From Pseudogymnoascus verrucosus (lineage: Eukaryota), in assembly GCA_001662655.1 (NCBI GenBank), contig KV460231.1: a stretch of 64,000 bases of DNA; one strand, given 5' to 3'. Positions 48,564-64,000 of this stretch are shown here, one piece after another. A program made the translations under genes and the position numbers. The notes under the pieces were generated by a model. It was not told the DNA's origin and ran no database searches. It saw only the letters and a program-made list of their open reading frames with translations. How positions within the stretch are numbered: position 1 is the stretch's first letter; every line of letters begins with the position of its first letter.

Positions 48564-50019
48564 ATGGCTGCCGCAAGACGCTCCTCCGATGCTGCTCCCT
48601 CCAAGGAGGGAAAGCACATCGACCAGAACGGCCAGGTCTTTGAGCTGCCCACCTACACCATGAAGATGATCTACGACGCCATCCCAGCACACTGCTTCCA
48701 GCCGTCCATCCTCCGCTCCATGGCCTACGTGGTGCGCGACTACTTCTACGTCGCCGTCCTCTGCTACGCCGCCTCCTACATCGAGTACATCCCCAACGCC
48801 TACGCGCGCGGCGTCGCCTGGGCCGCCTACTCCGTGCTCCAGGGCTTCGTGTTCACCGGGATCTGGATCCTGGCACACGAGTGCGGACACGGCGCTTTCA
48901 GCAAGAACAAGAAACTCAACAACATCATGGGACTTATCATGCACTCCTTCCTCCTCGTCCCCTTCCACAGCTGGAGAATCAGCCACAGCGCTCACCACAA
49001 GGCTACCGGTAACATCGATAAGGATACTGCTTTCGTGCCACACCTGCGTGAGAGCTGGGTTAAGTCGTACCAGGGCCCGGACGCGAATGTTGAGTCCGTG
49101 GAGCTTTCGCACCTTGCTGAGGACGCCCCTCTCGTCACCTTGTGGGTGTGCATCAAGCACCAGCTTTTCGGGTGGCCAGGGTACCTCTTCGCCAACTTGA
49201 CTGGACAGAAGTACGATAAGGGATTCCCGCAGTTCTCGCACTTCTACTTTGGAGAGGATAGCGTGCTGTTCAAGAAGGAGCAGTTGCCTTTGATCATGCT
49301 CAGCGATGCCGGCGTTGCTGCTATGATTGCCCTCCTTGTTGTTGGTGGACAGATGATCGGAAGCTGGAACATGGTTCTTTACTATATGATCCCCTACCTC
49401 TGGGTGAACCACTGGATTGGTTAGTCCCCCTACCCCTACCTACCCCTACCTACCAAACCAAAACACAAGCTAACCCCCACCCCCAACAGTCGCAATCACC
49501 TTCCTCCAACACACCGACGGCAGTCTCCCCCACTACGACAACAACACCTGGAACTTCGCCCGCGGCGCCACCGCCACCATCGACCGCGACCTCGGCTTCA
49601 TCGACACCCACCTCTTCCACGACATCATCGGCACGCACGTATGCCACCACCTCGTCTCCACGATCCCCTTCTACCACGCCGGCGAGGCCTCGGACGCCAT
49701 CCGCAAGGTGATGGGGACGCATTACCGCGCTGACCGCGCGACGCCGTTCATGTGGGCGTTCTGGAAGAATCAGAGGGCGTGCAAGTTTGTGGAGGAGACG
49801 GTGGAGGGGAGTGGTGTGTACTTTTACCGTAACCTTCACGGGACGGGAGAGCCGCCTAAGGATTTGACCGGCGGAAAGGCCCAGGAGGCCGCGGAGCTGG
49901 TGGTGGAAAAGAAGGCGACTACGACGACTGGTGTTGCGGCGGCGTCGCAGGCGAAGAGGAGGTTGAGCCACTCGGCGCAGATGACTGCTAAGGCGTTGCC
50001 GATTTTGGTTGCGGAGTAA
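48564..50019 (+). CDS. Delta-12 (omega-6)-type membrane fatty acid desaturase
   Basis: Three His boxes HECGH, HSAHH and HVCHH; AIPAHCF; FLQHTD; intron 49420-49488. Confidence 0.92.
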
Positions 50020-50759
50020 GAAGGGGACGTTGTGGAACGTTCTCTTTTTTGCTCTGTGGTTGATCGCTGGCGTCGAGTTGTCGGCGTGTATTTGTACGAT
50101 ATCTACCTCTCCGCCTCTCCCCACGCTTTGGGACGCACAACATACATACACCTTTTCGACATACAAAATTTTGGATATCCGACAAAAATACCGTCATGAT
50201 TTTCTTTTTATAGAATCTTTCTTTTCCTGCTTTTCCGTTTTTACTTTGGAATAGAGAGGCATAGAGGCGAGACGAGACTTAGACAAAGACGCTCGGTGCG
50301 GTTGATAGACGACGAAAAAGAAAAGGAGAGCTGGATTAGAAGAGATGGTGTTTTGGTGGATAGAGGAAAAGGGGGGAGAGAGAATAATACATACAATGAG
50401 ATACCCTAGTACCCATCACATCCCGTCTCTATCTGTGCAAGTGATCTGTAAACCAAGCTGTGAGGCCAACATCATCCACCATCAATAATCACAACATGCA
50501 GGTAAGAAAGACGAGGTTAAATAGCAAAATATGCTTGGTATTTTATCGAACACATCCCCGGCAATCTACAAAAAAAAGCTAGCTTGCATACACATCTCCG
50601 CCCCGGTCGGCGCCAGCAAAGTAACTAAAATAGAGCATCGACATTATTTCATTACGCCTCCAACTCCAACTCCCGCATATCCATCCCTCCATCCCATCGT
50701 AGCACCCCCCCCTCCCCAACCAACTTCCAGCAGACAGAGACAGGGACGCAGACGGTGCT

Positions 50760-54527
<3,768 letters not shown>

Positions 54528-54916
54528 CTTCGCGATGCCCCAAGCGCCCTACGAGCGCACCGGTTTAAATATCTCGAGTATTTGGGCGCCAATCGCATGT
54601 AAAAACAAAAATGTGTTCTTTCTATAATCTCAGATATTCGAAGGTCGTGAGGCAGTGGCTGGCGTTGGCATTATTCGTCCATTAAGTCGAGGCACGGATT
54701 CATCTGTCGCATCGCGTCGAAGTGGAGTTGGACGCGACGGGGTCCCGAGTCAAATTAGCGCGGATTATTTTGTCAGGTCTCACCGCCTATCGATTACAGA
54801 TTGGGCAAAAAATAATTACTGATAATGATTCTAACCGTACCCAACGTTTGTTAAGATTTCTACTCGAAATATTTTCAACTGCCACAAAACTATTGAGATA
54901 TCTGTATATCTCAGTC

Positions 54917-56678
54917 ATGGCATCTACTCCGGCAGCTGGGCAAGCCCCAAGCCATACCTATGTCCCAAACCAGGGCTATGAGGCTACCCCGCTAAACCCA
55001 GAAGATAACCCCGCACGTGCGGCCGCTTTGGAGGGGCAAGAAGGCGAAGAAGAGATCGAGGAAGACGAAACCTACGACGATATTTTCGACGAAGATGAGG
55101 GTGCTTTGGATGATCTAGACTGGGACCCCAATAGCTCTGATTTAACAAAATCTTATAACCGCCAGAGACAGCTACACTCCAACTCCGCGAACCTCCCGAA
55201 AATAAACTCACAATCGAAACCGATAGTAAACGCCAAAGCCAGCGTTGACGACCAAATTACGAGTCTCACAAAGCATGCTGCGAAGATTCGCCTCGATGGA
55301 GGCACGGGAGGTCTCAGCAAGGACTCCAAGAGTCATGAGAAGGACAAGTCAGACCGTGCAACCAGCGAGCAAGTTCTCGATCCCCGCACACGAATGATTT
55401 TGCTGCAGATGATCAACAGAGGTGTTGTCTCCGAAATAAATGGCTGTCTCAGTACTGGAAAGGAAGCCAACGTTTACGGCGCCCTTTCCGTCTCACCACC
55501 TACTGCCGAAGACCCAGAGCCAACCCCTCTGCACCGTGCCATCAAGGTGTATAAGACGAGCATCCTGGTTTTCAAGGATCGCGATCGCTATGTCACCGGC
55601 GAGCATCGCTTCCGTGGCGGTTACAACAAGTCCTCGAACAGAGCCATGGTCAAGGTCTGGGCAGAGAAGGAGATGCGTAACCTAAGGCGCCTGTTCGCCG
55701 CTGGCATTCCTTGCCCAGAGCCGATATACCTTCGCCTGCACGTGCTCGCCATGGAGTTTCTTGGTGATAAGAAGGGATGGGCTGCACCCCGCCTGCGTGA
55801 TGCAGAGATGCACGGTACGGCTGATGAAGTGGATGAGCGCTGGAGAGTACTGTATCTTGAACTCGTGGGTTTGATGGCGAAGATGTATCAAGTCTGCAAG
55901 CTTGTACACGCTGATTTATCCGAGTACAATGTGTTGTATCACAATTCAAGACTTTTTATTATTGATGTCTCGCAGAGTGTAGAGCATGATCATCCGAGAT
56001 CGCTGGAGTTCTTGCGCATGGATATCAAGAACGTATCAGATTTCTTCAGACGCAAGAACGTCGACACGCTATCGGAGCAGGCGCTCTTCAGTTTCATTAC
56101 CACCGGACCTTATTCCGATGCCACAGTTACATCACGCCTAGAGGCTCTTTTCGTGGCCAAGGCCAAGGGCGAAGCGGAAGACGAGGCGGCGGGTCTCGCA
56201 GGAGATGCTGATGAGGTTGCTGCCAGGCAACAAGTCGAGAACGAGGTTTTCAGACAGCAGTATATCCCACAAACCCTCGAGCAGGTTTATGATATTGAGA
56301 GAGACGCTGCACAAGTTGGGAAGGAAGGAAAGAGCTCCCTGGTGTATGCTAACCTATTGGCCGATAAGACTGCTGGAGCGCAAGACGCGGATGGGACTGC
56401 AAGCGGCACCAGCAGCGACGATGACGAGGAAGATTCGGAGGACGACGAGAGCCGATTTGAGAAGGGTACTCCGAGAGGGAAACGATTCGAGGATAAGGAT
56501 CAGAAGAAGGTTAGTTACCACCCATCTTCCATGTTGCGCAAGCCTCCAAGGACATTTATTAACTTCATTCCAGGAGCACAAAATGGCAGTGAAGGAAGAA
56601 AAGCGCGAGAAGAGGAAGGAGAAGATCCCAAAGCACATCAAGAAAAAGCTCATAAATTCCAGTTCTAGAAAGAAGTAG
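54917..56678 (+). CDS. RIO1: Atypical Ser/Thr kinase Rio1
   Basis: Motifs STGKEANVY, FKDRDRYVTGE, LVHADLSEYN, IIDVSQSVE; intron 56510-56573; basic tail KIPKHIKKK. Confidence 0.95.
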
Positions 56679-56970
56679 ATATAACCATATCTCACGATGA
56701 AATGACAATAGATATTCAAAGCGATAGATTCTTATCATATATATTGAGTTATCCTGGCTATAATTCACAACTGTCTCCCTTGCCCTCAATCTTTACCTTC
56801 CAAAAATCCGAGACTTCGTACAGGAGTCTGTAGTTCAACTAATGGTGGAACTCCAAAGCCCGAAGGCACCCGAGGAGCATTTCTGGGCTTTCTCATACGT
56901 ATCATAACAAGCTATGGATTATATCACATTTTGCGACTGGCTATTTGGGAAGATATGTTGAGAGAATAAA

Positions 56971-58131
56971 TTACAATAGCCTCCTCTGAGGTGGTGGTAT
57001 CTCTTCGTCCGACGAACTCCTATTGCCGCCCTTCGGTTTGATGATCAGCAGTATAAACATCCCCGCTATGATAATTATAAGCAAAAGAATTATTTTCCGC
57101 TTCACCGACTTCTTCTGATACCCCGTTGCCACCGTCAGTTGCTTGTCGGCAGCTTTAACGTCCGTGGCCATCCGCTCGACGTTGTAGTCTATCCGATCAA
57201 GCATCGTTCCCTGGTCTATCACCATAGCCTGTAGGTCTTTAAAGATGTCCGCGAGTTCGATAATACCCTGTGCGATGTCTGTGATTTCACGCTCACGCTG
57301 CATGATGGCACTGTCGTTTGAGGTGAGTTGTTTGTGGGTTGTTTGAAGTAGTGTCGACTCCGAATATGATTTGTCGGCATCGGATTCCATCAATGACGGG
57401 TCTGTGTAGTTGGCGAACTGAGGGGTAGCCGATCGGTCCATCGGCGAGCTCATGCCACCAAGGCCACGTAATTCTATAGAGTGTTAGTTTGTGAGATGGC
57501 CATGGGGATAGAGGCATTACTTTTCAGGTATGCGCTCTGCTTTTTCCTGAAACCAGCACTGGCCTCCTGTACACGTCCCGCCAGCGATATTTGTATGTTT
57601 TTCGCCATGGTTTCCTCTCCACTGCTGATGGTCCCCTGCTGCTTGGACTCTTTCACCATGTTGTCTATCCTCTTTATCGATCTTTGACAGTCATGGAACC
57701 CTTGTGTGATCCCTTGCGTCAACCGCTCAATCTCCCCTTCTTCGTTCCGCTTCACGACGTCGTCATCAAACCCAGGGAGCACATGCTTCTGATGCAGCTT
57801 CTCTAGCTTCTGTGACTTCCCTGCTATATCGCCCAGGAGCTCTGTGATCTCGTCGCTGATGTCCGCCCATCTTGGTGGCAGAAGGTCCATCTCAATTATA
57901 GCGTCGCCGTCATCTTCGAATGCGCTCGGCGACATGAGTCCCCGGTGCTCCTCGCCCAAGCCAGACTCATAGTAACCGTTGCCTGTAGATGCGCCATATC
58001 GTTGCTTCTTTGCTGGGTGGTGGGAATATGATTGACGATAGGAGATATAACTGTGAATCAGTCAGCCGGTGTCCCGCAAGGTGTCAGGATGGGGGAGGCC
58101 CGTACAGATTGGTGCGATCTCGCCAGGCCAT
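56971..58131 (-). CDS. TLG2: Syntaxin-16/Tlg2 t-SNARE
   Basis: N-peptide MAWRDRTNLY; LPPRWAD; HVLPGFDD; SNARE motif VIDQGTMLDRIDYNVE; C-terminal transmembrane segment; two introns. Confidence 0.93.
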
Positions 58132-58578
58132 GGCGGCCGCCCTCCGCTGTGAGGTTCCGTCTGCAAGATGCAAAATATGTTGATTTGTCGGGCGCTTCAA
58201 TTCTATATCAGCTTTAAGGATATGTGCACTTCATGGAATACAGATAGCGACACCTGGGGGAGCTGGCAGCTAGAAGGTATTGGCGGTATTGGCACAATCC
58301 GCGGGCCTGAGCCATAAGGCTGAACGACATCGTCGTGCATTAAGGGTACCGTTGCTAGCGCATGAGCCTCTTCGCATGTTGGCACTTATCAACACAGCTG
58401 GGCGGACGTCAGCACAATCGAGTCTCCCACAACTTTCCCCTCCAGATTTCGACAACCTTGAGGTTTGTGACTCTTTTTTGCTTAACAACAATTTCTAAAC
58501 TCATCATACTGAATTATATATAAGAGAATATAACAAAATATACCTCCTCCCTCCAACTTCACCACCACAACGTCCAAC

Positions 58579-59526
<948 letters not shown>

Positions 59527-60288
59527 ACGCTGTTCATACGCCTGTCGCGCTTACATTACGGGAACGAGAACTGGTTCTTTTCTGGCAGCAAGGGAAGTCG
59601 AGCAATCATAGCAATGTTGGTTTCTTTGGCACTCTAGGTAGTATCGCGACAAGATCTTTATACCAAACCTCGTGATATCCGCGTTGGATCTCTCTAAATC
59701 CTCAATTCCAGTGACCCTAGGAGTACCCTTGTGCGTGAAGACCCCCTGACTGTGATCATTCCAAGGCAATTCCCCAGATAGCGAGCGGCAAGGGGAAAAC
59801 TGTTGAAGAAATGATCCGCAGGAGGGCCCATATTATTGCCCAGATTTGCAAGATCCATTAATGATGAAACATTAGGGCTTCTATTTTAAAACACTGCCAG
59901 GAGCTACAGAGTACATGTAAATCAATAAGAGGGGTAGTTCGGAGAGTGTGTGGCAACCAATAGTTCCTACAAACGCCGTTCTTGCTCAGGTTGTGCAATT
60001 ATCACTGTATAATAAATAGCGTAATATTCTGCACATTTGATACTACGGATTAATAAATAAATGCTGCACCATGGAGAAACCCCCCATCTGTTCGCAGCTC
60101 ACATGCCTTGGTCCTATTCCTACCCGCCCCCTTTCCAATCTATCCCAATAGCCCATATATCCCAAGTGACCTGTAAGCCCTGGCGGTATCATCTTTTTTC
60201 AGTGTAAAAACCACGACTGAGCATCCCATTTCCAACGCCCCAAATACACAGAAAGCAATTCAAACACAGAGCCTTATAGCTCATATCC

Positions 60289-62103
60289 TTACACCGGCCG
60301 TTTGAACGGATGAGCCTCAGTGTTCAACACCCACTCATCCAAATTCACAACATCGAACTCGCTAAACAGCAGATAGAAATACTTCAACGTCTCTGCCAGC
60401 CAGAAGCTCTCCATGCTATCAAGCTTCCTCGGCTTCGGCTTCGTCACATCATCAATCGCACTATTCGCAATGGACGTCCGCGTGATCTTCTCGATCGACT
60501 GGAACATACGCCACCCCTTTTCCATCCACGCCGGGTCGCCTGTGATCCGGTACATCATGAACACGGACTCGATTGCCTCTGGACGAAGAATGTATTTCGC
60601 ATCCGGGTATGATGCAAACCCCGGTGCGAGCCTAAAGTTCATGATCTTCTTTTGAGCAGCCGCAGCGTCGGAGGGGAGACTCGGGATTCCGGCGTGCCAC
60701 GCCTCCTCGGACCACTGGCAGGTCGGGTTTGTGGAGTTGTTGCACGGCACCAGGCGGAAGAGCTCTGGTGCGACTCCGTGGATTTGAGATTCGTATGCCC
60801 ATACGCAGCCGTTGGTTAGCTTCTCGGCTATCGCGAGCTCGTCTGGGCGATTGAAGATCTTCGAGGCCATGCCAATCATGCCTCCTACGAAGCAGGTTAG
60901 ATGCTGGCCTTCTGGCTTGAGTTCGTATGTGGGCGGTGTGCCCGAGACCCGGACTTCGCCGGAGACGAGGATGTCGAGGTTATCTGGGTTGAGGGGGCGG
61001 AAGAAGAGGTGCTTCTTGGCCACCGGCATGAACTTCTCGTACATCTTCTTGGGCTGCTCGAGGAGCCCACCCAATAGCATGTATTGCTTTGGCAGGTACT
61101 CATAGAGAGAGTCGACCATGGCGCCAAGCGTAAAGGCATTATCTCTATCGAAAGCTGGGGTTCCTGCATCGACAGCAATGGGCCACAGTCCCGGTAGAAG
61201 AGTTTTATTCTGGTGTTCTTCCAGCATATCAGAGATGCGCTGGACGGCATCGTAGTATTTCGGGTTCTCAGTGAGCTGGCTGAGGCGCGTAAACTCGAGA
61301 GATAGCGAACCCAGCTCCGCGACGACCATATTAAAGGGGGCTACTTGAGCCTCACCAGCCATGTACTCGAGCCAGTTCCAGCGGACAACCGGCATGTGGT
61401 TTGGGGTGTCGAAGGAGCTCATGAGTAACTCCGCAACTTCCACTGCCTTTACCAGCAGCTTCGGGAATTTCCTCTCACTTATATCATAAGCTGCCAAGAA
61501 CCCCCCCAAGTAGCGGATCGTAGTCTCAAAGACATTGATGGTTGTCGCCTTTGTATACGAAAAGTCCAGCTGATCCAAGCTCTCCACAGCTTCTGCGAAA
61601 TCCTCCTCCAAGCCCATTATCCATAAGGTGTCGAGGGAGTCAACGAGCGTTGCTGCCCAGCCACCGAATGTATTCCTCGATCCTCCCTTAACGGGGATAA
61701 GCTCATCGTCTAGCCACGCATGTTTTTTATATCCAGCCCAGCTATGATCAAAGCTCTCCTTGACAGCAGCAAGGCGCTTCTTGCGCTCCAAGTTGGCTTC
61801 CCCACCAAGGACTGGTGCCTTGGCCTGGATGGAGGGTATGGATTTCGGTGTCCCCTGTGGTAGAGGCTGGACAGATTCGACGGGGTATCGCGCTGGTCGT
61901 TTCACCCAGTGGGTTTTCCCGCTCTTGTCAGACGCAGTCTTCGGCGGGGTCTTCGGTGGGGTGTTTGGTTTCTGTGCGTTCGGCTTTGGTGACACCGCGG
62001 GCTGGGTCCATTCGCGGCTCGACGCCGTTAAGTGGTATATTCCAAAAATCGTAAATATTGCGATCAAAGCCACAGCTCGCCATCTTCGCATTGAAAAGCC
62101 CAT
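60289..62103 (-). CDS. GH47 alpha-1,2-mannosidase, type II membrane-anchored
   Basis: N-terminal signal-anchor; motifs ATLVDSLDTL, FETTIRYLGG, DSLYEYL, HLTCF, LRPEAIES, MESFWLAETLKY, NTEAHP. Confidence 0.95.
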   Translation of the reverse strand: MGFSMRRWRAVALIAIFTIFGIYHLTASSREWTQPAVSPKPNAQKPNTPPKTPPKTASDKSGKTHWVKRPARYPVESVQPLPQGTPKSIPSIQAKAPVLGGEANLERKKRLAAVKESFDHSWAGYKKHAWLDDELIPVKGGSRNTFGGWAATLVDSLDTLWIMGLEEDFAEAVESLDQLDFSYTKATTINVFETTIRYLGGFLAAYDISERKFPKLLVKAVEVAELLMSSFDTPNHMPVVRWNWLEYMAGEAQVAPFNMVVAELGSLSLEFTRLSQLTENPKYYDAVQRISDMLEEHQNKTLLPGLWPIAVDAGTPAFDRDNAFTLGAMVDSLYEYLPKQYMLLGGLLEQPKKMYEKFMPVAKKHLFFRPLNPDNLDILVSGEVRVSGTPPTYELKPEGQHLTCFVGGMIGMASKIFNRPDELAIAEKLTNGCVWAYESQIHGVAPELFRLVPCNNSTNPTCQWSEEAWHAGIPSLPSDAAAAQKKIMNFRLAPGFASYPDAKYILRPEAIESVFMMYRITGDPAWMEKGWRMFQSIEKITRTSIANSAIDDVTKPKPRKLDSMESFWLAETLKYFYLLFSEFDVVNLDEWVLNTEAHPFKRPV

Positions 62104-62872
62104 GGTGGATTAATAATGCCCGCAATGGGGGTTTGGCCCAGTTCGAATTGAATAAGTAGCTCGTTTTATATCATTTCGTGACGTTGGTTGCTTCCGTCCC
62201 TCATGCGACCGTATAAATCCGGACTGAATCGAGTTTCAGACAGGTGATTCTCCTCTGCAATTACCAAAGAAGTAAGTCGGTGTTTTCGGAGATTGGCTCA
62301 GAAAAATATGTAGTTTAAGGGTCTCGAAGCGGTCTCTAAAGCTGGGGGACAATTGAACTAAGTCAAAAGCATCTACGTCAACCAAGGGAGGGAGCTCACC
62401 AACAACGAAAGGATAAGCACGTGATATCTGATGTGTTCCACGAAAATTTGACCGATGGCTCCTCATTAATAGGGGATATGCGATCATCGATAACTGTTGT
62501 AAATGTGGCCAGCAATAATGGGCCTTTCGTGCGGATCATTGCTCCCATAGTTTCCTGTGCCAGTCGTTATCTAGGGAGTTATCGGCGCAATGACGTAGAA
62601 AATATTGGTGCCGCCGAAATGTCTCAGGAGGCTGCCGATAACAGTAATATTTACAGCAACCATAATCCAATTAAAGGAGTTCAATTACCTGAAGCTGTAG
62701 TCGATGGGCCATCTATTGAAAATGGGACCAAAATGAGAGCTTAATTAATTTAAATAGCTGTATTGAGCTATGGAGTCCCTCAGACATATCGGCGGCAATG
62801 AATAGATAGTGCTAAACATAGAAATATGATATTATTTGCGTTAAATTGTTAAATATGGTATCGAATTTGCTT

Positions 62873-64000
62873 CTATGTAAACTTAACCTCTCCAAACATG
62901 GCCGCTCGCACCTGTACCAGCGCTGCCAACTCGAGAATAAACTCTTGCAGCACAATAATGTTGGTTAAAACATGGCTCACACTGACCATCTTCTCTACAA
63001 CCTCCTCCTCACGGTCTGTCTCCGTCTCCGTTCCCGTCTCATCCGTCCGCGCAGTGATCACGCTCCCCTCCTCGTCCCCTTCTCCATCTCCAACCGTACT
63101 TCCCGCCGGTGTACTCGGCGCAATGCTCGCAGTATCCACCACCCTCCTCCCACCTGCCTCTCCAACCACAATCTTCGCCATCCCCACCCTCCGCGTCAAA
63201 ATACCCCGATCAATATGCGCATACGCAGCAGACTGACTCGCACTCCCCATTGACTCCCACGCAACTCCATCCTCATCGAGCATCGACCCAGCCCCAGCCG
63301 TCTCTGACGCCCTCAGCGGCGAATTCGACACCACGCGCCCCCCGCCCGGCGTCCCATGTCCACTGCGCTTCTGCTCGCGCGACGTCCGGCCCCTTGCTAG
63401 AGGCGACGACGAGCGCGATGCCAGCTCAGGGAATATGCGCGAGGCGAGGGAGTCGATGGCAGCGCTGGCACCGAGGCGGCGCGTGCGAGACGTGCTTGCC
63501 GGGGGCGTGCGGCGCTGAGCAGGCGGGCTAGAGGAGCGGTCCGACTCGGAGCTTTTACGGTTTCCGCGGGCGTCGGTGCGGCGAGGTGGGGGAGGTGGAG
63601 GAGATTCAGCATCGAGTTTGAAGGCTTGGCGGCGAGCGTGGAGGAGGTCGTCGAAGCGGGGGATGGCGCTGCGGTAGGTGGTTGTTTGGGTGACGAGGGC
63701 GCGGAGGGTGAGTAGGAGGGGCGGGGTTGCTGCAGTTGAGAGGGTTGGGCGCCGGCGGGCTTCGCGGAGAGTTTCGATTTGCGAGAGTTCGATGGCTGCT
63801 TGGGAGCCTGGCTTGACGGGCTTGGAGGGCGCAGGTTGCTGGGGGGGTGTTGGGTAGGTGTATTTGCTTGGGTCGGGAAGGAGCCAGCCTTCGATGTTCA
63901 TGTATCCGCATATTGCTAGGTCGATGAGAGCTTCGGTTAGGGCGAGGTTTGTTTCCACTGAGTTGGTGAAAAAGGTTGACAGAATAGACAGAAGAGTCTT
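62873..64000 (-). CDS. FHIP / retinoic-acid-induced-16-like protein, 3' part
   Basis: Frame open to the window edge; FFTNSVETNLALT..IDLA and C-terminal VSHVLTNIIVLQEFILELAALVQVRA resemble the fungal FhipA/RAI16-like family. Confidence 0.75.
   Translation of the reverse strand, partial: KTLLSILSTFFTNSVETNLALTEALIDLAICGYMNIEGWLLPDPSKYTYPTPPQQPAPSKPVKPGSQAAIELSQIETLREARRRPTLSTAATPPLLLTLRALVTQTTTYRSAIPRFDDLLHARRQAFKLDAESPPPPPPRRTDARGNRKSSESDRSSSPPAQRRTPPASTSRTRRLGASAAIDSLASRIFPELASRSSSPLARGRTSREQKRSGHGTPGGGRVVSNSPLRASETAGAGSMLDEDGVAWESMGSASQSAAYAHIDRGILTRRVGMAKIVVGEAGGRRVVDTASIAPSTPAGSTVGDGEGDEEGSVITARTDETGTETETDREEEVVEKMVSVSHVLTNIIVLQEFILELAALVQVRAAMFGEVKFT

Noticed and set aside
48450..49412. 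320-aa minus-strand ORF
   Set aside because: Antisense shadow of the desaturase, caused by codon bias.
49425..49455. Telomere-like repeat in the desaturase intron
   Set aside because: Units are CCCCTA/CCTA, not CCCTAA; a short simple repeat.
54722..54916. N-terminal extension of RIO1 in the ORF track
   Set aside because: Begins at a non-ATG codon inside the promoter; ATG 54917 is the plausible start.

Overview
Eukaryotic, intron-containing DNA from a filamentous ascomycete. A Leotiomycete such as Pseudogymnoascus is my inference from gene style and is unverified. The left ~10 kb is a compact cellulose-degradation island: three AA9 LPMO genes, a CBM1-GH6 cellobiohydrolase II, and a small secreted repeat protein carrying a degenerate CBM1-like module. 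Housekeeping genes follow: CCT8, a methyltransferase, MRH4, a probable fungal Sororin, YAF9, a COQ11-like gene and SYF2. The middle (~21.5-48 kb) is more accessory. It holds a Myb/HTH-like putative regulator behind a ~5 kb gene-free region, IWR1, a frameshifted SMI1/KNR4-domain gene, a GST, a coiled-coil orphan and a DUF6590-type gene. A second conserved block has a delta-12 desaturase, SMC3, RIO1, TLG2, calmodulin, a GH47 mannosidase and a partial FHIP/RAI16-like gene. The most unusual non-coding signals lie at 44.8-45.9 kb: a 12-copy ~36-bp array of a conserved motif alternating with sequence-variable mini-hairpins, and an isolated 34-bp near-perfect hairpin. I recognised no tRNA, rRNA, CRISPR array or intact transposon. 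All calls come from reading the sequence; no database searches were run.
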